A stretch of DNA of 57,660 nucleotides from an uncultured virus (IMG/VR IMGVR_UViG_3300024302_000003) (taxonomy: Duplodnaviria > Heunggongvirae > Uroviricota > Caudoviricetes): the IMG/VR virus record IMGVR_UViG_3300024302_000003; one strand, given 5' to 3'. Below are positions 20,801 to 28,287 of the stretch, piece after piece. Both the position numbers and the translations under genes were made by a program. A model generated the notes under the pieces. That model saw only the letters and a list, made by a program, of their open reading frames with translations, was not told the DNA's origin and did no database searches. Positions within the stretch are counted from its first letter, which is position 1, and every line of letters starts with the position of its first letter.

Positions 20801-23800
20801 TCATCTATAAGCTCAACTTGCGGCGAAGATGTTACGTACAAAGCGCTCTCTACTAAAGTAGAATATGTGTGCGTTTCGCCATTGATACTCCATTTGGTTT
20901 CTATGTATAGATCACCCCAGCCATCGAACGCCCAATCATTATCCTCTATTTTGAATGTAGCATATAGACGCGCATCACTAGATGCTGCCAAGTATGTTAA
21001 ATCAGTTCCAAAGCCTTTATTGAAAGAAGCTGTGATGTAAGAGCTTGAATCGGTACTGTATAAACGAATAGTAGGTTCCTCATAACCCAGGGGGATAATA
21101 TCGGCTGTAGCTCTATTAAGATTACCCAGTAAGTTTTTGCCAGAAATGCGTATAACATGATCTTTCGTAGAGTTTAATTGTTTTGGTTGTATATCCCAAT
21201 AAGTTGTAGCAGTAGTATCTTCTAAATATTCGTACTGATAAAGCGTATCCACTGAAGGAGTGGGTGCATCAGAGCCAGTATAATTTTGTGCATCTAAATT
21301 AATTATTTGTAAGTTAAGTGTTTCTAGCTCAGAAGCTGCGATACTATCACTACTTTCTAAGCCTGGATACATATAATCCATACGCTCAACTGTGAAGTAA
21401 GCATAGGTTGTATCTGGTAAGTCTAGGGGACTGAATGAGCTAAGACGTAGGTGAGCCTCTTGCCATTCCGTATTATCATATAAGCCAGTAAGTGCAGTTT
21501 GACTTTTTAGGTATCTAACAAAAGAATCATTTTCGGTCCTAAAGAGCTGGTTTTGCTCTAACGTACTTATATCGGATGTAGTAGACAGAACAGCTCCACT
21601 ACCTTCATCTAAATATACATTACCGTAAAAACTAAAGTATGAGTCAAAGGCAGTTTGATTGTTGTCTTCGTTGAACTTATTGAAAAGATCTGGGTGAGCC
21701 AAGAAATACTTGCCACTTATGCGTCTACCTAAATAATGACTTGATTGCTCAGAGAAAATATGCGACATCTTCTCTGTATCCTGATCATAATACTTAGCAA
21801 ATTCTAATTGCTTTGACCAGTAAATAGTCTCATGGTTGACAGTTCTTGGATTAGCCCATTGTTCCTGTGTAACCCCATCAGTATAGTGTTTAACAGAAGG
21901 TGCTAGTTTGGGCGCAGGTAATAGCTCTGTTATTGAATCTTCTTTGCCGAAACTCTTTTCCGAGACAGAAGTTTTTCTATTTTGTATGGTAATACCAGCA
22001 TTGGTAAAACCATGTCCACCCGTATTCTTTGTGAATATTAAACCTACTTGTTTCTTATTAGGTAATATTTTTTTGATGTGTTTTTCTAACTGTACATGCA
22101 AAGCAATATAATCCAGGCCATTATGCTTCTCGGTAGAAACGCTAAAAGAAAAAGGAACGATAACTATGGTATCGGGGAAGAAAGCGCTTTTTATAGCATA
22201 AGGCACGGCTAAAGCTGCCTTTACTATATTTTTCCTTTCTTTGGTTAGGCGTAAAGATATAACAGGCTTAGCTGACGTTATATCTAAAGTTTTGTTTAAG
22301 TCAGAAATGTAATTAACTGAAAGTGATGTGCTGCCTATGTCAAGACTATACAGCTCAGGAGAGACAAAAACGTATTGCCTATCATCTAATACACCTACAC
22401 ACACTTTATCTTCTTCTACAAAACCTGCAGTTTTTAATCTATCAATAGAGAAGGATATAAAACCACCGTGGAGTTGATAATCTAATATTAAAGCAGTAGT
22501 GCCTTTCTTTGGATCGAATATCCATACTTCTTTAATATTGGAAGTGGCTACCGGCAAGCCTCTTAAGATATTCTGCTTGTCCTCACTTATAACTTTTGAT
22601 TTCAAATGCATACTAGATGCAAAACGAATTTCAGGTTTTTTACCTGTTCTAGTTATATAATAATTATGAGGGTTTTTGTACAACAAGCGTTTATTATCTT
22701 GCTTATAAATATAACCTATCTCCGCAAAGCCACTTTCATTCGTAAAGGCTGGCTTGTATTTTAGAGTAAGCGGTATCTTATGTTTTATATTTTTCTTAAG
22801 CTTAATCTTGCCATGAACATTAGGCTTCAAGATATCGCCCGCTTCTGTAACAGCCTCTATAGTATTTTTTTGTATAAATTTAACCGCATTGAGTCCTATA
22901 ACATATCCACCAGGAATGCTTTCTTTTGAACCCCATAGGTTTCCGTTAATAAATGAGTCATCTAGCGTGCTATTACCTTTCTGAACGCCGTAAGGGATCG
23001 TGACAGGGATAGCTTCCGAGCGTAAAGTATTCTGTGTCTCTAATAAGTAGATTTCACCTTCTTTTAATGTACGGTAGCTTGTTATATTAAAGCTAAAAGC
23101 AGCCCTATCACAGACATTAAAGAGTTTATCATTTGCGCCATCTGGTTGTTGCGTTAACTCAGCAACTAACTCATTAGAGACCTCAGTGCTATCAGAGGAT
23201 GTGTACAGCCAGCCTTTATAAAGATAGTCGTGATTAAAGGTATCTCCCCAGCGCGCACTATCTGTGCTTATAGTTTTATCTGTATATATACTCTTTTGAT
23301 ATAAACCCTCCGTTAAAGCAGAGAAACCTTTTCCACCAGGAGCAGCAGAAGTTACTTGTACGTGAAATTGGTTAGCATGCTTATTTTGCTGGGGAAGCGC
23401 TGAATCTTCCTTAGAAAATAAGGTTAAACTATCTATATAAGCAACCTTAGCTTGTAAGCCATTACCTACTGTAGTTACGCCAAAGTGAGTAGGAGTTGTA
23501 CCAGGGTTATGATTGAACACCAGAGGCATGACTGTCTCTACAGCGTTATCTGGCGATATAATATTAGATGTGCTGTCAAAAGAAGCATTTATCTCATTAC
23601 CTTCAATTACATCTCTAACAGAGCCTACAGGTCCCCTAATGATAGTAGATATAGGAGAATCGATTCTCGTAAAACTAACATTGTTTTTTATAGCTCTTAT
23701 GCTTACCTTAGGCTTACCAATGAGATTGGTTTTAGTTATAGCATTCTGACCTCTCACATAATCATTACTAAACAAACCCCAAGGCACATTAGACACGCCT

Positions 23801-26800
23801 GGGACAGCAAAGCCTGCATCAATGGACTCTTCTGGGCCTAAGCCCCATTGAGTCATTCCATATGAACCAATAGGCTCAAATTCGGTACCTACTATCTCGT
23901 CTGATATAGAAAGAGAAGCTTGATCTATTGCATAGTAATATGTGAAAGAAGAAGTATGAAGGAGGTTATGGCAATTAATATGCGCAACTCCCCCTTTAGA
24001 TGAGGAGGTATGTGTGTACGCGCTTGCTGTATTAAACGCATCAGCGATCGAATCATATCCATCAGCTATGTATACTAAAGCCCCTTTTGAATCAAACAAA
24101 TCCGTACGGTGTGTAGCTACTGCATTCGCAAAAGTAAAGTCTATGCCATTGTAAACGATATCATCTGCTTCTGTGTTGGTTGTATTTTTAACTAAACCTG
24201 TGCTAGTAAACCAACCGTCAGATGTTGGTTGTGCTGTTCCTGGGTGTATTGCTAAGATGCTCGGATCAGCTGTATTTAGCTCTGTTAAGCCTGTATATGT
24301 ATAAGCGAGCTCTGTCGAAAAAGAGTCAAAAGAAACAGTAAGCGACCCAGCAGACATCCCAGTTAAGGAATGCATTAAACAATATACGCGTTGATTAAAT
24401 GTAGATGCAGTAGTGTAATCGCCATCAGAATATCTTAAATACACTTTAGAGTTATCTGTGATGGTTGTAGTATTGGCTCCTTGTAGAACTGTAATAGGTG
24501 TTAAAGACTGTGTGGTATGAATATCGCCTTCGATATCAATACTTATCGTATCACCTTTACTTATCATCTGTCCCGATACACTCTTCGTAGCACTGATAGT
24601 AGTGCTAAGAATAATCGAAGCAGTATGAAGAGAAAGAGTCTCCCAATCACAGCCGTAATCTGTAGATACGACAGCATATAAGTCTTGAGGTGAGCTTGAA
24701 TCATAAATACCTGCAACGTCTATATGGAATCGCTCATGTCCATTACTTGAACGGAGGACCTCATCAGTATATGGTACGTGGCCAACCAAATCTTTTGAAA
24801 CTTTATTGTAAAAGGAGACACCATTTACACATGATTCCCATTTCTCTAAACCAGCTTGTGTATGTGTTTTATTCTCAGAAGAAAAGCCAGTACCATTTAT
24901 CTCCATATAACGATCACCATATGGCGTTAAGCCTATAATTTGAGGTTCTCTACCTATCATTACTGATTGGGTCGTATATTCTTGTGTAATCGGATAAGGC
25001 GTTTCAATAACTACATCAGCTACACCATGCCATCTTTGCTTGTAATCTTTAATGTGTTGTTCATCTACTAAGCGCCACTCTTGTACATTTCTTTCAATAT
25101 CCTTTAGGTTGTCATCAGGGAAAGCTTCTCCAATTAGCTCCCCTGTTGCTGTATACACAAAAGAAGGGTTAGCTGCGTGACCACCATCACTGAAATCTGT
25201 GGTACAGGTAAAGTCTGCCCTTTTACCTTTTGTCCATTGGAACAAAGAGTTTCTACTAACTGGCTGTATAGGCGTTGTATTGCTAGTGGATAGCTTAAGA
25301 TTCTTAGCTATTACGTATTGCTTGTATGTACCTTTGAAATCAACGTTAGGCGTAGTGTTATGTAAGAATAAAACATCTACTGTTTCTAGCCCTGCAGTGT
25401 CTCCCGTTAGTTTAACTGTCCCATCTATATGAAATAAACCCTTTTGGCTTCTTAGTGAACTGTTGATTAAATCTATATAACCAACTATGTTATTAGATGT
25501 AAAAGAAGATTTACCTTGTACTGGTAAAGCTAAGGGGTTGTTTGGTATTGTGCCAGGCTTAAAGAGTAAAATACTAACCGAACCATCCTGAGAGGCCTTA
25601 CTAACTGAATTAAAGGAAAGCGTAGTGATACCTTCTTTTTGCAATAACCCGTTTCTGACTGTGGCACCAGCCAAAACATTACGTTGGATTGCTGGTTCTT
25701 CTATAGCTATAAATGCGTCTGAATTTTCAAGAAACTGTCCATTTTTTAAGAGCGAAACCCTTAAAGCTACACGCTTTCCTGATTTAATAAAAGAGGAAAG
25801 TAACTGAGACGGTTCAAGATTAAAGGTGAGCCTGCTTGAATTTATAATATGTATATCATCTGTGTTTAAAATCTCTGTTTGATATGCATTAGACTCTAAA
25901 GCGCCTTTAGCCGTTACATACATAAGGTCAGTTCTAATCTGATCAAACTTAGGTAACTTGTTATCTAAAAAGTTTGAGCCTTTTAATGTGATATCTTCAA
26001 AGAATGAGCGTGTATCTAAAGCGCTTACGTTTAGTATGTTAGAGGTTTTATTAACTTCGAGATACATATCAGGCGAAGCGTAATAAATATATTCACCTGT
26101 TTTGAAGTCTGTTCCGCTAAAGCCTATATATAGCGAACCAGAACCACGAAATGAGCTAATAAACGAATTAAATTCGGTAGTATACTTGAACTTATAAATA
26201 CGCTCATCAGTACTAACTTGCTCATACGGTATAGTGCTCGTGGCTATATTGCTATCAAAGATGCTAGAAACATCCCCTTTACCCTTGAATGCGTATGCTA
26301 CTATTTGCGGATTAGTTATGTTTGCTATATTCTTAGCTTTTAACCTAAAGCTATTCCCAGTAGAGTCTTGCATTAAATCAGTAACACGTAAAGCACCATA
26401 TAAAGGTATAGAGGTGATCCCCTTATTGAAGGTAATAGATACCTTAGATACCTTGTTGTAGGACACCTTATATAAGCCTTCTTTAGTGGAGCCAAACTTT
26501 ATATTGTATGCTGGTATTGATATCGTTTGCTTTACTTTACGCTCTATATCATACTTACGAAGAGCTAATGCTTTACCATATAAGCTTAATGAAGCCGCAT
26601 TCGTGGAAGAAGGAGAAAACGCTAAAGGACTATATGAATACGTATCCAGCAACTTGTTTTCAATATTTACTAAGGGTAAAGTCTTGTCCTGCACGCCTGT
26701 GTACCCCATAACACCTAATGTAGTAGCTTCCCTAATACCGCCATAAAGAAAATTCTTACCTCTTTGCGTCGTAGCCTGCTCGATCTTAATGTTGATAGCA

Positions 26801-27291
26801 CCTTTTAAAATTTCTATTCCTTTATCCCGATAAGTAAATGTTAGTATAACTGGAAGGGTAATTGTTTCGCCGGCGAGTTCTGCGTGCTTTAAAAATATTA
26901 GTGTAGATAGCTTTTCCTTTAACTTAATATGGAATACTTTAGACACATCAAATGTGTAATCTTTCTTCTTATGTCCTTGGTTCACTTCTACCAGATTATC
27001 AAACTCTACTACGCCAAGACTATCTCCTACCTTGAGCATTTTTTGCTTAGATCTTTTCTTGTAAGGTTTATTGGATATAAGGGGGTTAACAGTTTCATCT
27101 AAAGTAATAGTAGCACTCTTTACAGCTGTTTCATATATACCTCCCTGTATCTCATTAGGATTTAACGCTAATTTTCTAGATACTAATCTTATATTAATTG
27201 TATCATTTTTGAAACCCCCGAATGCTGGGGACCAAACTAGAGGAGGTGTGTCTCGAAAGATACCTTTCTTTGCCTTATTGGGAATAGCCAT
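11845..27291 (-). CDS. 5148-aa giant virion surface/fibre-like protein with IPT-like, CBM-like, ~8 Big_5/SbsA Ig-like and LamG-like domains
   Basis: Repeated DTTPPTVxSTxPxDG...F(D/S/N)ExxD...ITDxAGNxL...W(T/S)FTT units; LLQNGAFE and LLRNPNFD CBM-like starts; FTVAAW...FKGCIDEVAY LamG-like end. Confidence 0.85.
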   Translation of the reverse strand: MAIPNKAKKGIFRDTPPLVWSPAFGGFKNDTINIRLVSRKLALNPNEIQGGIYETAVKSATITLDETVNPLISNKPYKKRSKQKMLKVGDSLGVVEFDNLVEVNQGHKKKDYTFDVSKVFHIKLKEKLSTLIFLKHAELAGETITLPVILTFTYRDKGIEILKGAINIKIEQATTQRGKNFLYGGIREATTLGVMGYTGVQDKTLPLVNIENKLLDTYSYSPLAFSPSSTNAASLSLYGKALALRKYDIERKVKQTISIPAYNIKFGSTKEGLYKVSYNKVSKVSITFNKGITSIPLYGALRVTDLMQDSTGNSFRLKAKNIANITNPQIVAYAFKGKGDVSSIFDSNIATSTIPYEQVSTDERIYKFKYTTEFNSFISSFRGSGSLYIGFSGTDFKTGEYIYYASPDMYLEVNKTSNILNVSALDTRSFFEDITLKGSNFLDNKLPKFDQIRTDLMYVTAKGALESNAYQTEILNTDDIHIINSSRLTFNLEPSQLLSSFIKSGKRVALRVSLLKNGQFLENSDAFIAIEEPAIQRNVLAGATVRNGLLQKEGITTLSFNSVSKASQDGSVSILLFKPGTIPNNPLALPVQGKSSFTSNNIVGYIDLINSSLRSQKGLFHIDGTVKLTGDTAGLETVDVLFLHNTTPNVDFKGTYKQYVIAKNLKLSTSNTTPIQPVSRNSLFQWTKGKRADFTCTTDFSDGGHAANPSFVYTATGELIGEAFPDDNLKDIERNVQEWRLVDEQHIKDYKQRWHGVADVVIETPYPITQEYTTQSVMIGREPQIIGLTPYGDRYMEINGTGFSSENKTHTQAGLEKWESCVNGVSFYNKVSKDLVGHVPYTDEVLRSSNGHERFHIDVAGIYDSSSPQDLYAVVSTDYGCDWETLSLHTASIILSTTISATKSVSGQMISKGDTISIDIEGDIHTTQSLTPITVLQGANTTTITDNSKVYLRYSDGDYTTASTFNQRVYCLMHSLTGMSAGSLTVSFDSFSTELAYTYTGLTELNTADPSILAIHPGTAQPTSDGWFTSTGLVKNTTNTEADDIVYNGIDFTFANAVATHRTDLFDSKGALVYIADGYDSIADAFNTASAYTHTSSSKGGVAHINCHNLLHTSSFTYYYAIDQASLSISDEIVGTEFEPIGSYGMTQWGLGPEESIDAGFAVPGVSNVPWGLFSNDYVRGQNAITKTNLIGKPKVSIRAIKNNVSFTRIDSPISTIIRGPVGSVRDVIEGNEINASFDSTSNIISPDNAVETVMPLVFNHNPGTTPTHFGVTTVGNGLQAKVAYIDSLTLFSKEDSALPQQNKHANQFHVQVTSAAPGGKGFSALTEGLYQKSIYTDKTISTDSARWGDTFNHDYLYKGWLYTSSDSTEVSNELVAELTQQPDGANDKLFNVCDRAAFSFNITSYRTLKEGEIYLLETQNTLRSEAIPVTIPYGVQKGNSTLDDSFINGNLWGSKESIPGGYVIGLNAVKFIQKNTIEAVTEAGDILKPNVHGKIKLKKNIKHKIPLTLKYKPAFTNESGFAEIGYIYKQDNKRLLYKNPHNYYITRTGKKPEIRFASSMHLKSKVISEDKQNILRGLPVATSNIKEVWIFDPKKGTTALILDYQLHGGFISFSIDRLKTAGFVEEDKVCVGVLDDRQYVFVSPELYSLDIGSTSLSVNYISDLNKTLDITSAKPVISLRLTKERKNIVKAALAVPYAIKSAFFPDTIVIVPFSFSVSTEKHNGLDYIALHVQLEKHIKKILPNKKQVGLIFTKNTGGHGFTNAGITIQNRKTSVSEKSFGKEDSITELLPAPKLAPSVKHYTDGVTQEQWANPRTVNHETIYWSKQLEFAKYYDQDTEKMSHIFSEQSSHYLGRRISGKYFLAHPDLFNKFNEDNNQTAFDSYFSFYGNVYLDEGSGAVLSTTSDISTLEQNQLFRTENDSFVRYLKSQTALTGLYDNTEWQEAHLRLSSFSPLDLPDTTYAYFTVERMDYMYPGLESSDSIAASELETLNLQIINLDAQNYTGSDAPTPSVDTLYQYEYLEDTTATTYWDIQPKQLNSTKDHVIRISGKNLLGNLNRATADIIPLGYEEPTIRLYSTDSSSYITASFNKGFGTDLTYLAASSDARLYATFKIEDNDWAFDGWGDLYIETKWSINGETHTYSTLVESALYVTSSPQVELIDERIQTCVHDSTTFSYNTFNFGTIAHTEAVAPSGTDTTLLPGVTLKIAETSMSFTESISAYVYRIDNSEIYSDKLFVDPILAEEKEFSGVMFSKDLTSATPLIDWAAFELPDLSGTSLTITSSLNLPEYTQYAKKLSEKRFDYGLESSITTSYTVNDLTSTLSTERGLASYRTRALSFAHYDMPRIISVLGTDKNNIVNLDQGILSGEAFLAIMCEYNNNSVSKLGDIQGINLSFGTEGVSSINIGFGEGTYGTLTVLNDGMYKTIKFYPNNDFSSLLNGFRTGGWMDISLIVGHVYNNARVTTTDYRALRIAWTPWDIEGTSGTSINAAPSTDAVMYRMRIMEDYNTNELRIGWSGHFGTQTYEVSHQEALCDVGLEDSAADWWVFAATVGYSQEGYTGNGMIKLYGAREKDLVANLDNARDPAALVDNSTIVRETFRGMQLLGEYDVGPQNHMGFISNEEYNIPDPENSEEILEATVSNFRFQVGRSPHPNHSRDMMGNYSATAMELLTASYVDADISDLVILPKTYSSHEDVTNFAFTPKRRSWETYGNAGITMPNLIQDASFEWLRLSTGVTHPFDGGWYTSDTEATVSNSIAFADNKARLILPPEAGAGTSVSQDFILKKSSTYKLSFDHISFNTADTNKTAVYISPYMTIEGRIASDSINVDAGDAPIYYNFNTYRWDTVVSNATVYYGPIHKWWFNNEALLFNALDADIRASITIGMIQSQGGYTGNGVLAIDNVSVTPMYGQRRAIQNSNLTAFTNDPSIEVWRWSLGDGASVGFIPTTAGSNTTMERPMSGYAVCTLPEALAADPNVDKPFIAQDLEAYTLEPGCDYALSFKAWSSSSDGFVTFTLENNRTNEYLQADGSWGIAWDAIEKDLNPNTYTTVSDVVGAVIRSQVNYTYEHIFNTRDSKVSDSYTLTIGNRAKDSDVDRPAVLLDDIQLYRYNQPQNSFESAGLGDNIIISGEGGLALPHDSSWQFNKKYSAETIFCIKNTFRDDSLIGTIATNANADIAATVLDSRLQGDSEPYVELLNIGHGNSSKGISIWVEGVEADGLFSNKLFASIPRGANKIQFSFDAALDTDGWYWVGLSKDSDILASCSLYRWNGSKDIQAWEELEVQVVGIGDSNYSATGENLLRNPNFDANQPDEHEAFHWVFGPTLGGEGRGHVILNTTTLISTAHLPVHGDLPLMHQVLVNPTTLTATNALTAEITFSVDSSTIVDGETCFILAIQGNEGITGFHEVKYDAATMAYPQECVYNAPIFHTGSLNLNKEYNATVFAVLLKVDHIDTGDQIKDYNSALVDGDEVTVTSVSLAAQEKTMPFLVATKKENVNHALANGSRFSFMIESVGNGMTTPTAPYSNYFTILEEPGEAPETFNFDITYNSSGHFFDFELKNASATDYGRTFTIRTEIVDTNPSYRLMDVNGNKLEKYEYKIRIANAAPAVASVIHTRPVNNAVDVNPAEELMIYVDHLLNVKDVNLTTVYIEDAASVKVDAVVTYYASIDAIGITPTAPLVDNTAYTLVMDSVWDFSGAKLPTQNWDFTTGTYAAPFQSLLQNGAFELPVAAPWSITNQGTVMFDAAKQSNIAVCPIDTQYDTVIAYAAGSHPRHTLTKGRLYMVNFDLKVTTSMAEGDILFFIEYGTEFYPYTVTYKNAYSTWTNVSFPLPSYATDGESKLVIRQRVKDSVPPYNTVRESDLVTGDEIRLDNIRIDFGASTQGPPVIMERTATIDAPIADPCFIELNESIIQASEYVLTKDFDMVVQDGGSVVTGALSYDDTTKRLAFTPDQLFSYGTTYNIRLNYVSGSIMNKFFVPLEPQILYFNTEQSQGDTTAPTVESTYPSDGATFVYINSIVYCEFDEAMDTGLLDGTTFTLTNTTTGFPVPASFSWNAAQNRATLTPSSDLTLDHDYIATLDASITDLAGNLLDGGEYTWTFDTLASNVAPYITSVTPPDGSRDVALDTDVIVVFSEHVNGVDTNSLDVREPGGTKPAQVLVYDSNTFTATITFNADLDEDYLYYVEATAALITDNEGAPLVGQLQTFFVTEKINTPPVLDSTWPTDGATDIAETVTIRGTFNEAIDPASATTNNFLLEDSSGTPITGSVGIYAQNNALVYFVPDVALTNDEEYTATLTTGITDLEGAPLANAEVWSFTITSNSPDTTPPTVDSTSPLSGDIDIARRDTLVEVTFSEPIDRNTIDQYSFEILDSALTPLGGAYSFTTNDTVVVFTPASYSLDPLETFTVTLSTDIADIAGNTLAAPYSWSFTTADVSPPTVVSTNPADTDIDIPIGTSITAIFDEDLDAATVTGTSFTLETGGNPVAGSVVFNHNTLEARFIPESYLSNSTLYTATLTTAITNLDGDNLGADEVWTFTTVAAGGGDVTPPEVTGTFPFNTAVNVERTIAITATFDEDLSAASVDDDSFLVEVNGTPVTGVIVYDPITYTATFTPKSLLSASSIYVVTLTTNITDVAGNSLVEYTWVFTTNSTSIGLPSPIPAQPISIGSKNKTFFKFDGMYTTSSEGGYMPNESGKFIWRFDNPNYCNNTGQGKAKNTVIEGSGDLTLPTAFFDEDSLWGKYSLRIPREYMDGTPAAYIEGGQEIAEVDWTNLTTLDLASSFVCLDGSESTHRHTKFTVAAWTKLDQYKSSPYGDSNTIIACSHYKFPTSAAESAAAYYDDWHSYDYAGDWGSKKYFGFKKGDTADQEDAGITGFAFYNNHYSDGSDESYLPELKVNIWAPNSTLENTAETVMGVPVGIKQGATLRLISQGVSNEQHITHSANEWWLTLNSFNIEGGKIENYTLRIPESAVREALDNNDATIFDLEHGTAGKQYGAYGRYSSFNPQNMATRLGGTWIGSFDISGAYIDATYTEINTEVHSAPLAVGSEVTGDNYFKGCIDEVAYMPDVFLDHTTVGDWLRQSGLGGLETKRPHGSHYVTEIGATRVNGFALRNEEGALIEGLASEESQTNINFRFDQEGNMGTDDARRMGR

Positions 27292-27350
27292 TAAAAGTAA
27301 TTATATGTCTTTTTGTGCTACAAATAAAATAGACACATTCTATCAGTTTA

Positions 27351-27397
27351 GCACTAAAAAATAGGTACTTTTATAGGTATAAATAAGTATCAGATAA
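27351..27397 (+). promoter_or_regulatory. 47-bp promoter-bearing direct repeat, copy 1 (CTAAA-N17-GGTATAAA)
   Basis: Identical to 28241-28287. Confidence 0.85.
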
Positions 27398-27438
27398 TTT
27401 CATCTGACAACACTTGTACTTATAAGGAGGTACAAAAA

Positions 27439-27621
27439 ATGGATACTACTGCTACTACTACTGCTACTACTCTTCGTCGTGTGGATTCAATTAAGGAGTC
27501 TGCGAAACTCGGTGGCTACGTTGCCATCACCGTGCTCACATACTTGGGCCTCGTCAACGGGACGTGCCGTCTGGTTAAGTGGTGTGAGAAAAAGATCAAG
27601 AGTGTGCCTTCAAAGGCCTAA
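27439..27621 (+). CDS. Small single-TM protein
   Basis: AAGGAGG SD; own promoter motif and terminator. Confidence 0.75.
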   Translation: MDTTATTTATTLRRVDSIKESAKLGGYVAITVLTYLGLVNGTCRLVKWCEKKIKSVPSKA

Positions 27622-27626
27622 GAAAA

Positions 27627-27663
27627 AGAAGCCCAACATTATATGTTGGGCTTCTATTTTTTT
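27627..27663 (+). terminator. Intrinsic terminator
   Basis: 13-bp perfect stem agaagcccaacat/atgttgggcttct followed by a T-run. Confidence 0.85.
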
Positions 27664-27676
27664 AAATACCTCTAGA

Positions 27677-27684
27677 GGTATAAA
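27677..27684 (+). promoter_or_regulatory. GGTATAAA -10-like element upstream of the pistol ribozyme
   Basis: Ends 7 nt before P1; the -35 element is not well conserved. Confidence 0.6.
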
Positions 27685-27691
27685 AAAGATA

Positions 27692-27748
27692 ACTCGTCTG
27701 AGCGAGTATAAACAGATCTTAAGCTCAGAGCGTTCCGAAAGGAGGTGA
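27692..27748 (+). ncRNA. Pistol self-cleaving ribozyme
   Basis: P1 ACUCG/CGAGU; loop UCUGAG forms a 6-bp pseudoknot with CUCAGA; AUAAACAG linker; UUAAG; GCG; P3 UUCC-GAAA-GGAG; G/U cleavage site at 27745/27746; P2 only about 2 bp. Confidence 0.85.
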
Positions 27749-27923
27749 AACCGTGCATATGTAACATATGTAAGTATGTATATTACTGGATGAAGGTAAA
27801 AGGTAAATTTAGATCCCTATGGGGGGAAGCTAAATAAAACTACTCCTGCAAGGAGATAGTTGGGTCAGGTGGGTAAGATAACTAACCCCAACGAAACAGG
27901 ATGATTCATCTGCCTGTTTTTTT
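27746..27923 (+). ncRNA. Putative structured small RNA released by pistol cleavage
   Basis: No sizeable ORF; hairpins at about 27754-72, 27807-35, 27838-61 and 27859-92 plus a terminal terminator. Confidence 0.55.
27894..27923 (+). terminator. Intrinsic terminator
   Basis: aaacagg...cctgttt stem followed by a T-run. Confidence 0.7.
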
Positions 27924-27949
27924 CTTTAACCTTAAATAGGAGTAATCAA

Positions 27950-28171
27950 ATGACAGAAGTTCGTTTAGATACGTTGTCTTCCCCGCAACATAAATTTATT
28001 ATAGCCGCTATGAGTGCGGGATACGATGTATTCCATTACTCGGGTAGAGGTATGATGGGAGAAGAATGTCCCGCCATTCAGGTAGAAAATGTGGCGGATT
28101 TCGCCAGCCCAGTGCCTTACGAGTCTGATCAACTAGGGATGGGTTACGTTATTTACTGCCCGGGCAAATAA
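27950..28171 (+). CDS. Conserved-looking small phage protein (YSGRGMxGxxC)
   Basis: AGGAG SD; YSGRGMMGEECPAI...DQLGMGYVIY. Confidence 0.75.
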   Translation: MTEVRLDTLSSPQHKFIIAAMSAGYDVFHYSGRGMMGEECPAIQVENVADFASPVPYESDQLGMGYVIYCPGK

Positions 28172-28254
28172 TGCCTTTCTTTCTCATCTGCATACCAGCA
28201 GCATTAGCTGCTGCTCTTTATATAAGTGTAAGAGATAGGTGCACTAAAAAATAG
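28171..28254 (+). CDS. 27-aa hydrophobic peptide
   Basis: TAATG coupling; MPFFLICIPAALAAALYISVRDRCTKK. Confidence 0.4.
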   Translation: MPFFLICIPAALAAALYISVRDRCTKK

Positions 28255-28287
28255 GTACTTTTATAGGTATAAATAAGTATCAGATAA
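28241..28287 (+). promoter_or_regulatory. 47-bp promoter-bearing direct repeat, copy 2
   Basis: Identical to 27351-27397, 890 bp away. Confidence 0.85.

Noticed and set aside
12658..27364. Many + strand 60-120-aa ORFs inside the 5148-aa gene
   Set aside because: Antisense shadows of a long coding frame, with no RBS or recognisable motifs
27479..27748. 89-aa ORF overlapping the pistol ribozyme
   Set aside because: Overlaps a better ORF with a strong SD and runs through a terminator and a promoter motif
27741..27764. GGAGGT SD followed by GTG-CAT-ATG-TAA
   Set aside because: The SD-like sequence is the pistol P3 and cleavage site; the ORF is only 3 codons
27862..27892. SRP-RNA-like GGUCAGG or a hammerhead core in the downstream RNA
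   Set aside because: No matching AGCAG strand and no CUGAnGA core
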